64,000 nt of DNA from Chiloscyllium plagiosum (Eukaryota): positions 74,955,106 through 75,019,105 of the forward strand of contig NC_057719.1 in assembly GCF_004010195.1 (NCBI RefSeq), written 5' to 3'. The stretch's first letter is position 1. Each line of letters starts with the position of its first letter. The notes under the pieces are model-generated. The model saw only the letters and a program-made list of their open reading frames with translations, was not told the DNA's origin and made no database searches. Position numbers and translations under genes: made by a program. Of the stretch, positions 59,115-64,000 are shown one piece after another.

Positions 59115-60200
59115 TATCATTTTAAAAATATACTTTATTCATGAAATCAACTATACTTACATGGACATGTTCTAAATCAGTTCTGATGAGTCTTTGCCGA
59201 GGAAAAGTAAACAAACAGAACATTGGAATTTTGACATTTCTCAGATCTTGTGTCCTGATCAGCACATTCTACTGATGCAGGAAGCTATGTTCATTTAGAG
59301 GCCTGAGAGGGTCTAGCAACTGAATGAAACCTTATTATACTTCAGCAGAAAGACACCAGACGGTGGTCTTTCCCCGCTGCGCTTTGGCGGCTCCTGCCCC
59401 AAGCCTTAGTCCATCCCTCAGCACGTAGTCCTGGGCCTTGGAATGTGCCAGTCTGCAGCACTCGGTCACAGTCAATTCCTTGCTCTGGAAGAACAACCCA
59501 TTTTAGACAGACCAAAGAGCCTCTTTCACCAAGGTGATGGTCCTCCAGGCACAGTTGATGTTTGTGTTGATGTGCCCCCAGGAACAGACCATAGAGCACA
59601 GACTCCTGAGTCGCAGAGTTGCTCAGGATGAATCTCGACAAAAACCACTTCATCTCACTCCACACCTTTGTAAAGTCTCATTCCAGAAGGGGATGGGTGA
59701 CAGTCTTTTCATCAGCGCATCTGGTTTTCGGGCAGTGTGCAGTGTCACACACAGACCAGGTCTGCATGAAGGATCTGACGGGCAGTGCCCTACTCACCAC
59801 TAGCCAAGCTACATCTTGGCACTTGTTGGAAAGTTCTGGTGGTGAGGCATTCTGCGAAATGACAGCCTGCTCAGGGAACCACACGACAAGATCCACCCTC
59901 ACTTTTTTTCCGTAGGGTCTCAAGGGTGCTATATGCTGACCACTCCCTGATGGACCCATGGTCAAAGGTGTTTTCTTTCACAAACGACAAGTGATAGGGA
60001 ACAGTCCAACTACTTAGAGCATTCCGCCTCAACGAGGCCAGAGCCATCCTTTGCAACACCGGGGCTAGGTAGAACCTCAGTGCGTAGTGACACTTGATGG
60101 CTTGCCCACTCATGAGCAGCTTGAGTAAATAACTCTAGCTCCCTGTTTTGTGGACCTCGCCAGCCAGCATGTTCCTGAGGGCTAACCCTGGCATCCTTTC
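59115..60200 (-). mobile_element. Tx1/L1-clade LINE ORF2 C-terminus (zinc-binding region) and 3' end
   Basis: QNASPPELSNKCQDVAWLVVSRALPVRSF...CPKTRCADEKTVTHPLLE, then WSEMKWFLSRFI..SATQESVLYGLF; minus-strand AATAAA at about 59135-59141. Confidence 0.75.
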
Positions 60201-60254
60201 TGTTGCACTAAGCCGCATCTGTCTGCACAAGTAGGCAAGGAAGATTGTATAACC

Positions 60255-60440
60255 CTGTATCTCCCTGGCCAACACTTCGCCTCAAATAAAACCAACAAAA
60301 GGAGATCGACAGGTTATTCACCTCATTTAAAATCTTTAGGAGTTTGCCGGACACATATTGGAGTTTATATTTGCCTACAAAGCAAGGGTCAGTGTGCTAA
60401 TACATTGGCGACAAGATGTCCCATGGGTGTGAAAGGTTTG
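60255..60440 (+). mobile_element. Deu-domain SINE relic
   Basis: TCTCCCTGGCCAACA..CCTCA..AAACCAACAAAA..GGTTATT..CCTCATT...TTTGCCTACA...TGTGAAAGGT. Confidence 0.45.
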
Positions 60441-61154
60441 GTAAGGAGAGCTGACTACAATGAGTAAGAACGCAGTCTGTCTTGGATCAGTCCTGAACAG
60501 GGCCTTGTTGCTTTGCTGTTTTGGAAAGACACGATCCCAATTGTTCAAAGTGCAAATGGGGATTGGGTTACGGCACCAATTTTGGCTCTTTTCTGTTCTA
60601 TTATTGCAGCGTGAATGAGGCCCCCAGAGTCGTTCTCCTGCCTGTCAAATTAAAAACGCATAATTAATCAGAAACTAGTAATTAAATGGATCCCCTCCCA
60701 GTTTACAACACTTCCTTTGGAAGCTCTCCAGCATTTTTATTATAATGGATATTTTATCTGTGAAAGGAGTGCTTTATGTGGCTTCTGTTTTCACAAGAGG
60801 GCTGTAAACAGTGGAAGTTTAATCAGAGCTCCTGGAACCTAGCAGAATATTGTAACATTGCAATTAATGTTATAATTCATGGCTCCTACTGTCTTGAACA
60901 TGCATTTGTCAATTATCAGTGATTTGGCTTTGAAGATGCCCTATATCCCCGATGGTTTCTCTACGCTTTATACCCCTTAATCAAGAGGAAGCACACATTG
61001 ACCCTGCATTCACCCAAGCCCGTCAAATCCTGTCTGCACACCCCAAACATCATCAGTTTGCAGGTTTCTATTTGAAACCTAAATGTGCAGAATCGAGTTG
61101 AACAATAGAGAATCTGTCAAGAGATGTTTCCCTTAAACTGCCTCAAAGGGATGT

Positions 61155-61640
61155 CGCTGTGGCATTTTGGCTTAGTGGCTAGCACTGCTGCTTCACAGCC
61201 CCAGGGATCTGGGTTCAATTCCAGCCTCTGGACACAATGGGGCAATTTCCCATGGCCAATCCACATAACCTATGCATCTTTTGGTGTGGCACGGTGGCTC
61301 AGTGGTTAGCACTGCTGTTTCACATCACCAGCGACCCAGGTTCAATTCCAGCCTCGGCCAATTGTCTGTGTGGAGTTTGCACGTTCTCCCTGTGTCTGTG
61401 TGGGTTCACTCCAGTTTCCTCCCACAATCCATAGATGTGCAGGTTAGGTGGATTGGCCCATGCTAAATTGCCCATAATGTCCAGTGATGTACAGACTAGG
61501 TGGATTAGCCGTATGAAATACAGGGATGGGATATAAAGTAATAGGGTAGGGGAATGGGTGTAGGTGGACTGGTCTTCAGAGGATCAGTGTGGACTTGTTG
61601 GGCCGAAGGGCCTATTAACACACTGTAGGGATTCTATGAT
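61155..61640 (+). mobile_element. Composite HE1-like SINE: + head, inverted fragment, then full + copy
   Basis: Head 61155-61228, minus fragment 61229-61283, full copy 61287-61640 ending CACTGTAGGGATTCTATGATT. Confidence 0.8.
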
Positions 61641-62102
61641 TTTCGAACTTGCGGGCAAAAGAAATAAGTTCCCCAGTTTATATTAAAAAAAAGTGCCGTT
61701 AGTTTGAGCAATTCATCCTGTACAGGTGGAGGGAGGGAGTTCATATTTCTGCCATTCGTTTCTGCTCTTGGGCCTGGTAGGCACATGACAGCCAAAGCCT
61801 CCGGAACTGTGTCAGTTAACAACACGAAAAACAACGGACCCATTCCTCTTGGACCCAACGCACTGCGTATGAGCCAGCAACATGTGATAACCTCTGGGAG
61901 GGGGAGAGAGTAAATTACTCTGATATGAAAGCTATTTGGCCGAAAGCACTGAAATAAGATTAAGACTGGTAGCTGGAAAGTAAACCTCTGTTGAGCTTGG
62001 TTGGGGGTGGGGTGGGGTTGCGGTTTGGGTCAGAGAAATCAAAGCACGTTTATTGAGCGTTTTCTCTCTCTCGCTTTCTCTCTCCCTGCTTCTTCCAAAT
62101 AG

Positions 62103-62292
62103 AAAAGCCTTCCTGCGACCAAGAGAGGCAGACCGCTCTGGAGGAAAGCCGGCAGTATCCCCGAGATGGCATCTTCATTCCTGAGTGCGCTGGGGGGGGC
62201 CTCTACAAACCCGTGCAATGCCATCAGTCGACTGGGTACTGCTGGTGCGTCCTGGTGGACATTGGCCGCCCCATTCCTGGAACGTCCGCCCG
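62103..62292 (+). CDS. SMOC1: SMOC1 internal exon (orthologous to human exon 8), 190 nt, second thyroglobulin type-1 domain
   Basis: Long pyrimidine tract + aatag|AAAAG...CCGCCCG|gtgagt; translates (E)KPSCDQERQTALEESRQYPRDGIFIPECAGGGLYKPVQCHQSTGYCWCVLVDIGRPIPGTSA(R), with QC and CWCV motifs; in frame with the preceding exon. Confidence 0.97.
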
Positions 62293-62544
62293 GTGAGTGC
62301 AGCCCGAGGCTCCGGCCTACCTCAGAAAGGGCGGAGATGGTTTGTTTAAAAAAAATTAAAATGTTGGAGCTGGATCTGGTCCCATCTGGAGCGGCTCCAG
62401 GTTTCTCATCGGACCCTCGAGAGGTTGTTATGCTTATCAATTCTCTCCCACAGGAGCCAGGATTGCTGACGTTCTTTAAAGTCTTTGACACCCTCTCTTC
62501 ATGCATGAAACATAAATTACGACTAAAACACTGAATGGCGCAGG

Positions 62545-62990
62545 GACATAGGAACAGGAGTACACCATTCAACCCCTTGACCCTGTTCTGCCATTCATTG
62601 ATGGCCTGTGGTCTAACTCAATAAACCTGCCTTTGGCCCATATCTCTGAATCACTCCCCTCACCAAAAAATGGTTCTATCTCGGATTTAAAACTGACAAC
62701 TGACCCAGCATCCAACTGCTGTTTGTGGACAAGAGTTCCCGACTGTTCAGGAGATACAGGCAAAAGTGAGTACTGCAGATGCTGGAGATTAGAGTCAAGA
62801 GTGTGGTGCTGGAAAAGCACAGCAGGTCAGGCAGCATCCGAGGAGCAGGGAAATCGACATTTTCCTGAGTTTGTGCCTCCTAACATATCTTCTGAACAGT
62901 CTGGCTCTACATTCGCACACTGTGCCCCCTAGTTCGAGACTCTACAACCAGTGGGAGTAGTTTATCTTTATCTGCCCTGCCTTTTTCTGT
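62545..62990 (-). mobile_element. CR1 3' fragment containing a Penelope-derived terminus (about 62762-62862)
   Basis: ACATAGGAACAGGAGTACACCATTCAACCCC; insert AAAGTGAGTACTGCAGATGCTGGAGA...CAGCAGGTCAGGCAGCATCC...AATCGACATTT. Confidence 0.7.
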
Positions 62991-63329
62991 TGAAGGCAGT
63001 TGAAGGTTGGATGTGGTTTCTTCATGTTAAAACTAACACCTGTATCAAATTTGCACCACACCAACATGAGGCATTAGAATGCTTTAATGAGTTGTGTTGT
63101 ACTGGAAGGGACGGGTGAATTTGCTTTTGATCTGGCACTTCCTTCCCATTTGTACTGAAGAATTGGTTGTTCAGACACACAGATTTCCATCACTGTGATT
63201 TCCCCAGCTCTCAATAACCAGGAAAAACATACATGAGTTACCTGGACAGGAGTTTGGTGACTGGCACGAGATACGTGGACAGGAGTGCGAGTTCCTGGAA
63301 ACAGGCTGTGGGTTGTTATGTGAGATACT

Positions 63330-64000
63330 GTCATAGTCACACAGCATGGAACCAGACCCTTCAGTCCAACCAGTCCATGCCGACTATGTTCCCAAACTAA
63401 GCTAGCCCCACCTGCTGTGCTTGGCCCATATCCCTCCAAACCTTTCCTATTCATGAACTTATCCAAATGTCATTTAAACATTGTAACTGTACCTGCATCC
63501 ACCACTTTCTCTGGCAGTTCATTCCACATACGAACCAATCTCTGTGTAAAAAAGAGTTGCCCCTAATATCTTTTTAAAACCTTTCTCCTCTCACCTTAAA
63601 AAATATGCCCTGTAGGTTAGAACTCTCCCACCCTAAGGAAAATACCCTTGTCATTCACCTAATATATGCCACTGATGTTCTATAAACCTCAATAAGGTCA
63701 CCTCTCAACTTCTTAAGCTTCAGTGGATTAAGTCCCAGTCTTTCCAGTGTATTTTTATACCTCAAACCTTGGCATCATCCTGGTATATCTTTTCTGAACC
63801 CTCTCCAGCTTAACAATATCCTTCCTATAACAGAGCGACAGAACTGAACACAGTACTCCAGAAGAGGACTCAACAAAGACCTGTACAACCTCAACATGTC
63901 ATCCCAACTCCTATACTCAGAGGTCTGAGCAATGAAGGCACTTTGTAACACAAATTTCAAAGGAATTTGTACCTGAATCCCTAGGTCTGTTTGTTCTCCA
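63330..64000 (-). mobile_element. CR1/HER1-like LINE 3' fragment (runs off the window)
   Basis: EYRSWDDMLRLYRSLLSPLLEYCVQF; tail GTCATAGTCACACAGCATGGAACCAGACCCTTC. Confidence 0.88.

Noticed and set aside
62039..62572. ORFs of 177 aa (minus) and 122 aa (plus, 62166-62534)
   Set aside because: They are the antisense and shifted frames of the real SMOC1 exon at 62103-62292.

Overview
Vertebrate genomic DNA, very probably from a cartilaginous fish (shark), judged by its repeat content: many HE1-like V-SINEs, CR1/HER1-like LINEs, Deu-domain SINEs and Penelope-like elements. The window lies inside the SMOC1 gene (+ strand) and holds three coding exons: 10342-10398, 16915-16995 and 62103-62292. They match human exons 6-8 (inter-domain linker and second thyroglobulin type-1 domain) and are separated by introns of about 6.5 kb and 45 kb. 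None of these exons appears in its correct frame in the ORF track, and most listed ORFs are spurious or transposon-derived. The introns are filled with decayed, often nested retroelements, and there is an 836-N assembly gap at 30078-30913. Highlights: (1) two families of very short, TSD-flanked Penelope-derived elements with minimal hammerhead-ribozyme motifs, often arranged as hairpins, plus a decayed coding Penelope (RT + GIY-YIG); (2) an in-frame alternative acceptor adding VSFQFFLTLNS to the first exon, resembling a mammalian Smoc1 isoform insert as I recall it; (3) several repeat-free blocks rich in Hox, Meis, Sox and homeodomain motifs, which are candidate fin/eye enhancers. Repeat boundaries and family names were assigned by eye and are approximate.
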